A stretch of 30,127 bases of DNA, taken from the NCBI GenBank assembly GCA_043740665.1, contig JAYUBX010000095.1, positions 1 through 30,127 on the forward strand, written 5' to 3'. Position 1 is the first letter of the stretch, and every line of letters starts with the position of its first letter. The notes under the pieces were generated by a model. It searched no databases, was not told the origin of the DNA, and worked only from the letters and a program-made list of their open reading frames with translations. The translations under genes and the position numbers were made by a program. The stretch is from Candidatus Neomicrothrix sp. (lineage in GTDB: Bacteria; Actinomycetota; Acidimicrobiia; Acidimicrobiales; Acidimicrobilacustridaceae). Shown piece after piece: positions 19,994 to 28,049 of the stretch.

Positions 19994-20845
19994 TCACGGT
20001 AGCCGGTGTCTCTCGCCCTTGAGCATCCCCCAGCGGGCCAATCCGTAGCCGGCAGCCAGGGTGACCGCGCCGGCTACGGCGTCGAGCAGGTAGTGGTTGG
20101 CGGTCACGATCACCGCGAACAGGGTGACGACCGGATACAGGCCGGCGAGGACCTTGGCCCCGCGGTGGTGGAGCCGGGGCACCAGCACCAGCGCGCACCA
20201 GAGCGCCCAGGCCACGTGCAGGCTGGGCATGGCCGCGTATTGGTTCGAGATCGACTTCACGGTGCCCGAGTCGAACGACCACAGACCGCCGTAGCGGTCG
20301 ACGGTGTCGACGAACCGATAGGTCGAGCCGGCGGTGTGGCCGTAGAGGCAGTCGCACAGCAAACGAGGTGGCATCAGCGGAAACAGACTGAAGCCGATGA
20401 GCGCCAAGGCCGTGGTGAAGGCGAGGGTGTTGCGCCAGAGGCGATAGGCGGTCGGCCACCGACGGAACAGCGTGATCAGCACCGCGATGGTGACCACGAA
20501 GTGAAGGGTGCCGTAGTAGATGTTCCAGAGCCGCAGGAACCCGGGCCAGGCGAGGAACCAGCTCTGCACGGTCTGCTCGTGGAAGATCCCGAGCCACCGT
20601 TCGGCGGTGATCACCCGCTCGGCATTGTGGAAGGCGTGGGTCTCGCTGCCGTGGCCGGCTGATCCGAACAGGTTCCGGGTGCCGGTGTAGACCAAATAGA
20701 AGGTTCCGGCGTAGAGCAGTTCTCGCCACCAGTGCAAGGTACGGGTGCCGGACGGCGGGGTTTCGGCGTCGAGGGGGTCGGGTCGCGGGGCGGCGACATC
20801 GGGGTCGGGGCCGGCGGCGCCGCGCTGGTGGTGGACCAGGGACAC
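19994..20845 (-). CDS. PAP2-superfamily membrane protein (IPC synthase/AUR1-like)
   Basis: PLMPPRL, AAMPSLHVAW, TANHYLLD motifs. Confidence 0.85.
   Translation of the reverse strand: MSLVHHQRGAAGPDPDVAAPRPDPLDAETPPSGTRTLHWWRELLYAGTFYLVYTGTRNLFGSAGHGSETHAFHNAERVITAERWLGIFHEQTVQSWFLAWPGFLRLWNIYYGTLHFVVTIAVLITLFRRWPTAYRLWRNTLAFTTALALIGFSLFPLMPPRLLCDCLYGHTAGSTYRFVDTVDRYGGLWSFDSGTVKSISNQYAAMPSLHVAWALWCALVLVPRLHHRGAKVLAGLYPVVTLFAVIVTANHYLLDAVAGAVTLAAGYGLARWGMLKGERHRLP
19996..20001 (-). promoter_or_regulatory. -10 element (TACCGT) of a probable leaderless dxs transcript, inside the PAP2 gene 3' end
   Basis: TANNNT 7 nt before ATG 19988. Confidence 0.55.
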
Positions 20846-20940
20846 GGTTGGAGTGTACGGGTGCGGCGGGCCGACAGCCCGGCGGCTGGCTACGCTCCCG
20901 GCAGCCGACCGGGGGGTCGGGTGGGACCCGAGGGGATTGC

Positions 20941-21816
20941 GTGACCATCGACGAAACTATCAGTGACCGTCGGGTGACCGTCGGCGAGGTCGATCTCGCC
21001 GTGATCGAGGCCGGGGCCGGCGGTCGGCCCCTGCTGATCGTGCACGGCTACACCGGCCGGGCGGCTGACTTCACCGACTTCGTCGAGCCCCTGGCCGCGA
21101 GCGGCTGGCACGTCGTCGCGCCCGATCTGCGAGGTCACGGTGCCAGCAGCAAGCCGACGTCCGAGTCGGACTACTCGCTCGACCTGTTCGCCACCGACCT
21201 GATCGGCTTGGCCGACGAGGTCGGCTTCGAGCACTTCGTGGTGCTTGGCCATTCGATGGGCGGCATGATCACCCAGCAACTGGTCTTGGCCCATCCGGAT
21301 CGCATCGACGGGGTGATCCTGATGGACACCGGGCACGGTGCGCTCGACGTCGATCCCGAGTTGATCGAGCTCGGCGTCACGGTGGCCCGCAACGACGGCA
21401 TCGACGTCGTCGCCGATTTGATGGCCGCCATGGACGACGACCCCCTCACGACCGACGCCTACCGGCGCAAGGTCGCCGAGGACCCGAGCTACGCGGCGCG
21501 AGGCGACCGCAACTTGCGGGCCTGCTCCGCGGCCATGTTCGCGGCCATGTTGCAGCAGATCCCCGAACAGACCGATCGGCTCGACCGGTTGGGGGCCATC
21601 GCGGCGCCGACCCTGGTGCTGGTGGGCGAGGAGGACACGCCGTTCCGCGACCCCAGCGAGCGGATGGCGGCGGTCATCCCCGATGCCCAACTGGTCGTGG
21701 TGCCGGGGGGCGGTCACAGCCCGCAGTTCGAGGCCCCGGAAGCGTGGTGGGCGGCCGTGTCGACCTTCCTCGACCAGGTTGCGGCCGGTCTGACGGCCAG
21801 CGCCGCGCCGTCATGA
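20941..21816 (+). CDS. Alpha/beta fold hydrolase
   Basis: HGYTG, DLRGHG, GHSMGG nucleophile elbow, GEED, GGGHSP. GTG 20941 follows GAGGGGA. Confidence 0.9.
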   Translation: MTIDETISDRRVTVGEVDLAVIEAGAGGRPLLIVHGYTGRAADFTDFVEPLAASGWHVVAPDLRGHGASSKPTSESDYSLDLFATDLIGLADEVGFEHFVVLGHSMGGMITQQLVLAHPDRIDGVILMDTGHGALDVDPELIELGVTVARNDGIDVVADLMAAMDDDPLTTDAYRRKVAEDPSYAARGDRNLRACSAAMFAAMLQQIPEQTDRLDRLGAIAAPTLVLVGEEDTPFRDPSERMAAVIPDAQLVVVPGGGHSPQFEAPEAWWAAVSTFLDQVAAGLTASAAPS

Positions 21817-21987
21817 CCGATGACGCGCCCGCCCTGCCACAACGGGCACGCCAACCTGCCTGTCGGTTGTCGACGGCCGCCAGCACGGTGGCGGTCATGG
21901 ATGCGTCCGGCGAGGTGACCCCGACGTCGAACACCCGTCGCCAGCCGTACCGATCGCCCAGCGTGCCGTAGCGCAGGTCGGAGTCGG

Positions 21988-22446
21988 TCACGACGGGCTC
22001 GGATCGGGCTGCTCGGTGACGAATCGCTCGATGGCGAGCACGGCGACCCATCGGGGCACGTCGAAGTGGTCGGCCACCTCGGCGGCGTCGACCCCGCCGC
22101 CGTCCGCGGCGCGCTCGGCGATCAGGGCCCACAGCTCGGCCGACGGCACCAGACGCCGGGCGACCTCGCGATCGACCGCTCGTTCTTCGCGATCGACCAT
22201 GAGCAGCCAGGCCGGTGGCGCGTCGACTCGCTCGACGGCTCCGCCTCGCTCGTGGTGCACCAGTTCGTGGGTGAGCACCGCTCGCTGATCGACAGCAGGC
22301 ATCGTCGGGTCGACGACGATGACGGCGATTCCGTTGCGCCAGGCGTGGAAGCCGCCGCCCATCAACGCGGCGACCGGGTCAAGGGCGAGGATCAGGTCGT
22401 CCTGCTGCTCCGCCGCCCGCCACGGATCGAACCGTTCCTCGGTCAT
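21988..22446 (-). CDS. ImmA/IrrE-family HExxH metallopeptidase (putative anti-repressor)
   Basis: RAVLTHELVHHERG, EERAVDREVARRLVP, C-terminal HTH-like AEVADHFDV. TAGCGT 6 nt before ATG. Confidence 0.78.
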   Translation of the reverse strand: MTEERFDPWRAAEQQDDLILALDPVAALMGGGFHAWRNGIAVIVVDPTMPAVDQRAVLTHELVHHERGGAVERVDAPPAWLLMVDREERAVDREVARRLVPSAELWALIAERAADGGGVDAAEVADHFDVPRWVAVLAIERFVTEQPDPSPS

Positions 22447-22452
22447 GACCCA

Positions 22453-22458
22453 ACGCTA
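22453..22458 (-). promoter_or_regulatory. -10 element (TAGCGT) of a probable leaderless ImmA/IrrE-like transcript
   Basis: TANNNT 6 nt before ATG 22446. Confidence 0.55.
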
Positions 22459-22527
22459 CCGAGGGGGTAGGACACCGAGCAGGGTGCCGCACCGACCGTG
22501 GTCTCGATCGAACCGCGTGTATTTTGC

Positions 22528-22989
22528 TCAGGGTCGGTCGCGTCGATCGACCAGAGCCTCGAGGTAGCCCTCGAGCATGGCCTGTTCGAGATGGGTCAGC
22601 GTCAGGTATTTCCGGGCGAAGCCGGCGGGGAGCGAGGTGTCGCGTCCGTCAGGCGGCCCGCTGGCGCTGATGGGGTTGTCGCCCCGCGGCCGAGGGATCA
22701 GGATCGGGAGCGGCGGCGGGGGCGGCTTGAGTTGACTGCGGTCGACCAGCTCCGGCGGGTCGTCGCCGGCGAGGATGGTCGCGAACGCATCGATGGGCCA
22801 GCTGAAGGCCCGGCAGACGCCGCGCATGGTGAGTTCCTGATAGCGGTCTCGTCCGGCCGCCTCGACCAGCCGCCAGGTAGCCAGCGAAACGCCGGCGTGT
22901 TCGGCTGCTTCCTGCTGGGTCCAACCCAGGTGCAACCGCTGATTTCGGACCGCATGGCCCACTCGTTCCCAGGCGTCACTTGTCGTCAT
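22528..22989 (-). CDS. XRE-family HTH repressor (phage/ICE immunity-repressor-like), no S24 peptidase domain
   Basis: WERVGHAVRNQRLHLGWTQQEAAEHAGVSLATWRLVE, Pro-rich linker, short helical C-terminus. ATG 22989 preferred over 23052. Confidence 0.82.
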   Translation of the reverse strand: MTTSDAWERVGHAVRNQRLHLGWTQQEAAEHAGVSLATWRLVEAAGRDRYQELTMRGVCRAFSWPIDAFATILAGDDPPELVDRSQLKPPPPPLPILIPRPRGDNPISASGPPDGRDTSLPAGFARKYLTLTHLEQAMLEGYLEALVDRRDRP

Positions 22990-23140
22990 CTCACCAGTAT
23001 CGCGGAAATGATCAGCTATCGCTGGCTGGAGTGCTGGGGGAGGGGGATTCATGGGCTCAGGTGTACCACTCCGCCAGTCAGTAGCAAAGATGAAAATCTA
23101 CCCTTGACTACACGTATCTAGCTTTGCTTAGCTCTTGATC
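22990..23140. promoter_or_regulatory. Divergent promoter/operator region between the repressor and the Cro-like gene
   Basis: AT-rich 23080-23140. Rightward TTGACT 23104-23109, leftward TAGATT (23095-23100, minus strand), inverted AGCAAAG/CTTTGCT (23083-23089 and 23122-23128). Confidence 0.55.
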
Positions 23141-24028
23141 GTGCAACTGAATCGCCATGCCCTCCGGGTCATTCGTCAGCGGTCGGGTCTCACGGTTTCG
23201 GCGCTCGGTCGCCGCGCCGGGGTCAGCCAGCCTCACCTGTCCAACATCGAGCGCGGTCGGCGCCAGGCATCGCCCGAACTGATCGGTCGACTCGCCGCCG
23301 CCCTGCGCGTGCCGATCGTGGCCCTGCTGGCCGAGCTCGACCCCGATCCCGATCCCGAGCCTGATTCGCAACCCGATGGCGGGACCGTGCCCACCTTCTT
23401 CACCCCGGCCGGTCCGCCGCCGGGGTGGTCCTGTCGCCGACGCCGTCCTGGCTCGGCACAACAGCAAGGGAGACCCATGCAACGTTCAACCACACGTCCG
23501 ACCAGTCCACCGACCAGCGTGCAGATGCCCGGGGCGGCGACGCCGTCCGGCCGTTCGCATCGTGGGGTCGGGATGGCTGCGGCCGGCCTGCTGTCCGCCG
23601 GTGCCGTCCTCGCGGCCATGACCCCGGCTCAGGCCGAGACCTACTACACGGGCCAGTGCACCCAGAGCGCCAGCGTCATGGGTGAGACCTACTACCGGGT
23701 CTTCCAGGCCCGCGTCGTGGGTGGCGTCGAGTCGGGCACCGGCAAGTACGTCTGGGACCACTACGACTACAAGTACACCATCGACCTGCACCTCACGAGC
23801 GGTCCGTCGAGCAACGAGCAGGTCAGCTTCACGAGCGGGTACTCCGACGGGTTGTCCAACCCGTGGAACTCGCCCGACAGCCACGGCAGCAGCGGCGACT
23901 GGATCGGCGAAGGCAACTGGAAGGGCGCCAAGTCCTATTGGGGTTCCACCAAGGTGAAGTTCTACGTCGCCTTCGACATCCCCGGCACGCCCGACACCCA
24001 TTGCAACGCCTACACCGCGCTCGTCTGA
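23141..24028 (+). CDS. Cro-like XRE HTH protein reading in frame into the downstream secreted protein (fusion ORF)
   Basis: LRVIRQRSGLTVSALGRRAGVSQPHLSNIERGRRQASPELIGRLAAAL, then a DPDPDPEP linker and no in-frame stop until 24028. Start GTG 23141 or TTG 23135. Confidence 0.7.
   Translation: MQLNRHALRVIRQRSGLTVSALGRRAGVSQPHLSNIERGRRQASPELIGRLAAALRVPIVALLAELDPDPDPEPDSQPDGGTVPTFFTPAGPPPGWSCRRRRPGSAQQQGRPMQRSTTRPTSPPTSVQMPGAATPSGRSHRGVGMAAAGLLSAGAVLAAMTPAQAETYYTGQCTQSASVMGETYYRVFQARVVGGVESGTGKYVWDHYDYKYTIDLHLTSGPSSNEQVSFTSGYSDGLSNPWNSPDSHGSSGDWIGEGNWKGAKSYWGSTKVKFYVAFDIPGTPDTHCNAYTALV
23477..24028 (+). CDS. Secreted protein precursor (Sec-type signal ending AQA; 130-aa mature part with two Cys), function unknown
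   Basis: SD AAGGGAGA 23466-23473 before ATG 23477; h-region MAAAGLLSAGAVLAAM then TPAQA|ETYY; strongly C/G-ending codons in the mature part. Confidence 0.8.
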   Translation: MQRSTTRPTSPPTSVQMPGAATPSGRSHRGVGMAAAGLLSAGAVLAAMTPAQAETYYTGQCTQSASVMGETYYRVFQARVVGGVESGTGKYVWDHYDYKYTIDLHLTSGPSSNEQVSFTSGYSDGLSNPWNSPDSHGSSGDWIGEGNWKGAKSYWGSTKVKFYVAFDIPGTPDTHCNAYTALV

Positions 24029-24031
24029 GCC

Positions 24032-25234
24032 ATGACCGAGCCGTCCCGATCCCGGGTCGCAACCGCCCGATCCGCGGGCTCGTCGCCGCGGATCGGGCGG
24101 GTCGGCTTGCTCGCCTGGCTCGTCGTCCCCGTGCTGCTCCTGTCCGGCCTCACCCAGTGGCAGGTCCACCCGGTCGAACAAGGGTCATCCGGCGCGACCG
24201 ATCCGAGCGCCGATGTTGCGCCGCTGGCTCGGCTGTCGTTCGGCTCGGTCACTCGCGGTGGGGCCATCTTGTTCACGGTCGCGCAGCCCGTTCATCTGCG
24301 GTCGATGGCCGCCGACGGGTTGATGCAGTGGCAGCGTGACCTGACCGACGGCGACTATGTCACCTGCGGTCCCTGCCCGTCCGCAATCATCGCCCGACCC
24401 GACGGCCCACCGCGCACCGTCGCCGCTGACGGCACCGAAGGACCAGGTCCGGCTCTGCTCGGCGACCACCTGGTTGCGACGACGTCGTTGGTCGGCGTGG
24501 TGTTGGCGGCGGGCCGCACGGATGGTTCGGTCGATTTCTACTCGCCCACCAGCGCGGGCCTCGTTCTGGCTGGATCGGCGTCCGACGCCGGACTCGATCG
24601 GGTGCTGGTCGTGGTGACCGCCGCCGACCGGGGCGGTGCCGTCACCATCATGCGGACGTCGGCCGATCCGCTTCGACAAGGCGAGTTCGAAGTCGAGCAC
24701 GTGACCGCGACGGGCACCCACACCACGACGGTGCCGCTCGATGCCCCCGGGTCGCACCCGCGTCCGTGCGCGGTCGCCGACGCCGAGATCGTCGCCTACG
24801 TGCAACTCGACCCGGGCCCGACCGCCGACGGCACGACGCACGTGGTGGCCGACCGGGACGGCCATCGCCTGGTTGATGCGCGGGTACCGGGAACGTTCGA
24901 CTCGTGTGCGGTCGGGCCCGACGGGGCGGTGCTCAGCGCCACCGCCAATGGCGCCGACGGCGACCTGACCCGTACCCGGGTCGATGTGGCGTGGGTCGAC
25001 CTCGGGGGTCGAGTTCGGGCCACGGCCACCGAGCAGGTCGTGGCCACGTCGGCCTCGGTGGCACTCGACGCCGCCACCGGCCGGGTCGCCATCGCCGGCG
25101 GGCCGGGGCCGGCCGTGGTCGTCGATCCGTCCGGCCGCCACGAACGTCCCTCGGCTCTGGCCGTCGCCTTCGACGACACCGGCGGGATCTGGTGGGCCCA
25201 GTCCGAATCGCACGTCACCAGAGAGGACCCCTGA
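24032..25234 (+). CDS. Membrane-anchored or exported hypothetical protein, beta-rich (possible propeller)
   Basis: One hydrophobic segment (VGLLAWLVVPVLLLSGL), then a soluble beta-strand-rich domain with CGPC and two further Cys; 3 nt after the upstream stop. Confidence 0.7.
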   Translation: MTEPSRSRVATARSAGSSPRIGRVGLLAWLVVPVLLLSGLTQWQVHPVEQGSSGATDPSADVAPLARLSFGSVTRGGAILFTVAQPVHLRSMAADGLMQWQRDLTDGDYVTCGPCPSAIIARPDGPPRTVAADGTEGPGPALLGDHLVATTSLVGVVLAAGRTDGSVDFYSPTSAGLVLAGSASDAGLDRVLVVVTAADRGGAVTIMRTSADPLRQGEFEVEHVTATGTHTTTVPLDAPGSHPRPCAVADAEIVAYVQLDPGPTADGTTHVVADRDGHRLVDARVPGTFDSCAVGPDGAVLSATANGADGDLTRTRVDVAWVDLGGRVRATATEQVVATSASVALDAATGRVAIAGGPGPAVVVDPSGRHERPSALAVAFDDTGGIWWAQSESHVTREDP

Positions 25235-25235
25235 C

Positions 25236-25859
25236 ATGCCCCCCATGATCGAAATCGAAGCGCTCGCCATGGCATCCCGGCGTCGCCACATCGGCCCGTT
25301 CGCCCTGCAGGTCGAGGCGGGCGAGACGGTCGGGCTGGTCGGCCCCAACGGGTCGGGCAAGACCACCTGTATTCGTCTGACGCTCGGACTCGACCGATCC
25401 GATTGCGGCCGCAGCCGCATCCACGGTCGGGTCGTCTCCCCGTGGCAGCCGCCGACGGGCGTAGGCGTCGTGCTCGAAGCCGACGGCTGCTATCCGTGGT
25501 TGTCGGGACGCGAGAACCTGAGACTCTTCGCCCAGGTCCTGGGCCGGCCGGAGGTCGCGATCGATGCCGCCCTCGACCAGGTGGGGTTGACGCCCGCGGC
25601 CGACCAGACCGTGCGTCAGTATTCGCGTGGCATGCGTCAGCGGCTGGCGTTCGCCCGGGCGTCGCTCGGTGGTCCGTCGCTCTTCGTGCTGGACGAGCCG
25701 ACGGTCGCGCTCGATGGCGACGCCGGCAGCTGGCTGGTCGAGCTGCTCAACGCCCATGCCGGCGCGGGCGGGGCCACCTTGGTCGCCAGTCACGACGAGA
25801 CCTTTCTGCACGCGCTGGGGGCCCGCATCGTTGCCGTCGACGACGGGCGCTGCGGGTGA
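25236..25859 (+). CDS. ABC transporter ATP-binding protein
   Basis: GPNGSGKT, YSRGMRQ, FVLDEP, ASHD. Confidence 0.92.
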   Translation: MPPMIEIEALAMASRRRHIGPFALQVEAGETVGLVGPNGSGKTTCIRLTLGLDRSDCGRSRIHGRVVSPWQPPTGVGVVLEADGCYPWLSGRENLRLFAQVLGRPEVAIDAALDQVGLTPAADQTVRQYSRGMRQRLAFARASLGGPSLFVLDEPTVALDGDAGSWLVELLNAHAGAGGATLVASHDETFLHALGARIVAVDDGRCG

Positions 25860-27148
25860 TCGCGCTCGGGCTGGCCCGAGCCCAGCTGGCGCGCCCGACC
25901 GTGCGAGCCGTCGTGGTGGTGGTGGCGATGGCCGGTGCGTGGTTCGCTTGGTCACCCGGCACCCGATTCGGGCTGGCTGGCGCCTATGGCGGCTGGCTCT
26001 ACGCGTCGATCCGACTGCTCGACGTCGGCCTGGTGCCGTTGGCGGTCGTCGGTGCCCTGTGCGGGGCCACGCCACGTGATCGTCGGCTCGACGAGCAGCT
26101 GCGCGCCGCCGGCCTGGCACCGCACCAGGTGGCGAGAGCGGTCGTGGCCTCCGGCGCGCTGGTGGCGATCGCCGTCGCCGTCGGCTTCGTGGTGGGCGCG
26201 GCGGCGGGGGGTTGGCTCCGAGCCCTCATCGGCGGAGGGTCGTGGTGGGCCGGACCCGCCGCATCGGCGGGGGTTGCCACCGATGGGCTGCACGATGTCC
26301 GTTTGGTCATCGCCGTCGGCCTGGTCGGCGCCATCGGCGCCCTGCTGGGGTGGATCGTCCGACGTGACGACGCCGCCGTCGGCCTGGCGGTCGTGCTCGG
26401 TATCGGCTACCTGCCGGAAGCCTCGGCCGTCTTCGGTCGGCTGCCCGTGACCATCAATGGGTTGGCCTTCAGTCCGCTCGGCGCAGTGCGGGTGGCAACG
26501 CTCGGCGACCGAGGCCTGGCTGCGGCCGGCTACACGCGTCCGGCCACGGCGTGGCCGTTCGGGCTGGTGCTGGTGGGCTGGTGCGTCGTGCTCGTCGCCT
26601 TCGCTCTGCCCGGTCGTCGTCGAGCTCGGGTGGTCTCGCCGTCAGCATCCCGGTCGTCCCTCCCAGTCGCACGGATCGTCACGGTCGTGGTCGCGGTGAT
26701 GGCCACGGTGGGGTTCGGTTGGGTGATCCCAGGTCGGGCGGCCGACGCCTTGCCCTGGCGATGGCAGCGGTCATGGCGCCAGTCCGAGCAGGCCGGCTGG
26801 TCGTCTCCTCGGAGCGTTGACCGGTACCTGCAGGCATTGCGTTCCGACCCACCGGGTAACGTGAGCGAACTGCTGCTCACGACCGACGCAGTGAGCCCGG
26901 CGGTCGCCGGTTCGATCCCACGGGCGTCGCACGTCGAGCGGCAGTCAGTCGCCTCCATGGCCGCCCCGGATCACGTGGTGGTGCGGCTCGATTTCGCCGC
27001 GCCGATCGTGTCGGGGTCGACCGCGTTCTCGACCTACCTCGTGCGGTTCACCTTGCAGTCCGATGTCGACCAGCACTGGCACATCGTCGGCTCCGAAGGC
27101 CCGGTGGCGTCGACGCCGGCCGCGGCCGCCGGGTCGGGTGGTTCGTGA
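25856..27148 (+). CDS. ABC permease-like membrane protein with extra C-terminal soluble domain
   Basis: GTGA overlap with the ATPase; about seven TM segments followed by a ~140-aa hydrophilic domain. Confidence 0.72.
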   Translation: MIALGLARAQLARPTVRAVVVVVAMAGAWFAWSPGTRFGLAGAYGGWLYASIRLLDVGLVPLAVVGALCGATPRDRRLDEQLRAAGLAPHQVARAVVASGALVAIAVAVGFVVGAAAGGWLRALIGGGSWWAGPAASAGVATDGLHDVRLVIAVGLVGAIGALLGWIVRRDDAAVGLAVVLGIGYLPEASAVFGRLPVTINGLAFSPLGAVRVATLGDRGLAAAGYTRPATAWPFGLVLVGWCVVLVAFALPGRRRARVVSPSASRSSLPVARIVTVVVAVMATVGFGWVIPGRAADALPWRWQRSWRQSEQAGWSSPRSVDRYLQALRSDPPGNVSELLLTTDAVSPAVAGSIPRASHVERQSVASMAAPDHVVVRLDFAAPIVSGSTAFSTYLVRFTLQSDVDQHWHIVGSEGPVASTPAAAAGSGGS

Positions 27149-28017
27149 TGTCGACGCGTCCGGTCGAGCTCGATGAGCGTCCCCGGACCGCATCGGCGGT
27201 CGGCCCCGCGCCGTCGCTGGTGGCCTGCTCCCGCGCCCTGATCCCGGTCGTGGGCCGCACCCGTCGCTGGTCGGCCGCGGTGGTCGCGGCCTGGATCGTG
27301 GGCGCGGCGGCAGGCATCGCGCCCACCGCCTTCCAGGGTTATCGGGCCCCCGGCCTGGTGGCCTCGGCGATGTGGGGCCTGGTCGCCGTCGCCTTCCTCG
27401 CGCCGCTGGTGATCACGCCGATCGTGGCCACGGTGGTCTGCGACGACGACCACCATCAGGTCGCCTACGCCTGGCACGGGGTGGGCGTGAGTCCGGTTCG
27501 TCGGATGCTGGCCCGCACCGCCACCGCCGCTCGGTTGAGCCTGGGCTTGCTGCTGGTCGGGGCCGTCGCCGGCCTGGCCGCCGGGGTGGGCCTGGCCGCC
27601 TCCGGACGCGATCCGTTGGTGCTCGGCTGGTCGGGCGCACCAGGGGTGGTCGGACTCGCAGTCGGCGCGGCCGTGTTGCTGCTGGCCTGGGCGATCGGTG
27701 GACTGTTGGCGGCGGCGGCCGTCGACCCTGCCCGCGCCTTGCTGGCCCTGGTGCTGACCTGGTTGATCACCGGGGTGGTGGCCTCGCTGGTGCACTTCTC
27801 GCCCCATCTCGGGTTGGTGTTCCGGCTGACCCCATGGGCGGCGCTCTGGCCGTTCGACCCCGGGTCGTCGGACTCGGCCCAGTTCGCGGCCGCCATCCCG
27901 CCGGGGGCCCGCCTGGTCGGGGGCGCGGGGTGGCTGGTCATCCTGGCCGCCATCGCAGCCTGGCGCCGCCGCTCGACGCCCTACCCGAGCCCGGGCGAGC
28001 GCCGACGCCGCCACTGA
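27148..28017 (+). CDS. Second ABC permease-like membrane protein
   Basis: TGATG overlap; about six TM segments; FRLTPWAALWP loop typical of ABC-2-like permeases. Confidence 0.72.
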   Translation: MSTRPVELDERPRTASAVGPAPSLVACSRALIPVVGRTRRWSAAVVAAWIVGAAAGIAPTAFQGYRAPGLVASAMWGLVAVAFLAPLVITPIVATVVCDDDHHQVAYAWHGVGVSPVRRMLARTATAARLSLGLLLVGAVAGLAAGVGLAASGRDPLVLGWSGAPGVVGLAVGAAVLLLAWAIGGLLAAAAVDPARALLALVLTWLITGVVASLVHFSPHLGLVFRLTPWAALWPFDPGSSDSAQFAAAIPPGARLVGGAGWLVILAAIAAWRRRSTPYPSPGERRRRH

Positions 28018-28049
28018 TCCACCGACCTGATCCCCACGATCTGATCCAC
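28014..28049 (+). repeat. Three CTGATCC direct repeats at 13-14 bp spacing upstream of the GNAT
   Basis: Copies start at 28014, 28027 and 28041; copies 1 and 3 extend to CTGATCCAC. Confidence 0.7.

Noticed and set aside
20905-20931. Alternative 6-bp hairpins in the hydrolase 5' UTR
   Set aside because: Stems this short are expected by chance at this GC content; no riboswitch consensus recognised.
18114-20948. 944-aa ORF suggesting an N-terminally extended Dxs
   Set aside because: Dxs homology begins at ATG 19988, which has its own -10; the extension is an alternative frame of the PAP2 gene.
24185-28014. Antisense ORFs opposite the accessory operon (24185-25420, 25215-26120, 27034-28014)
   Set aside because: Shadows of the coupled plus-strand genes; no recognisable domains.
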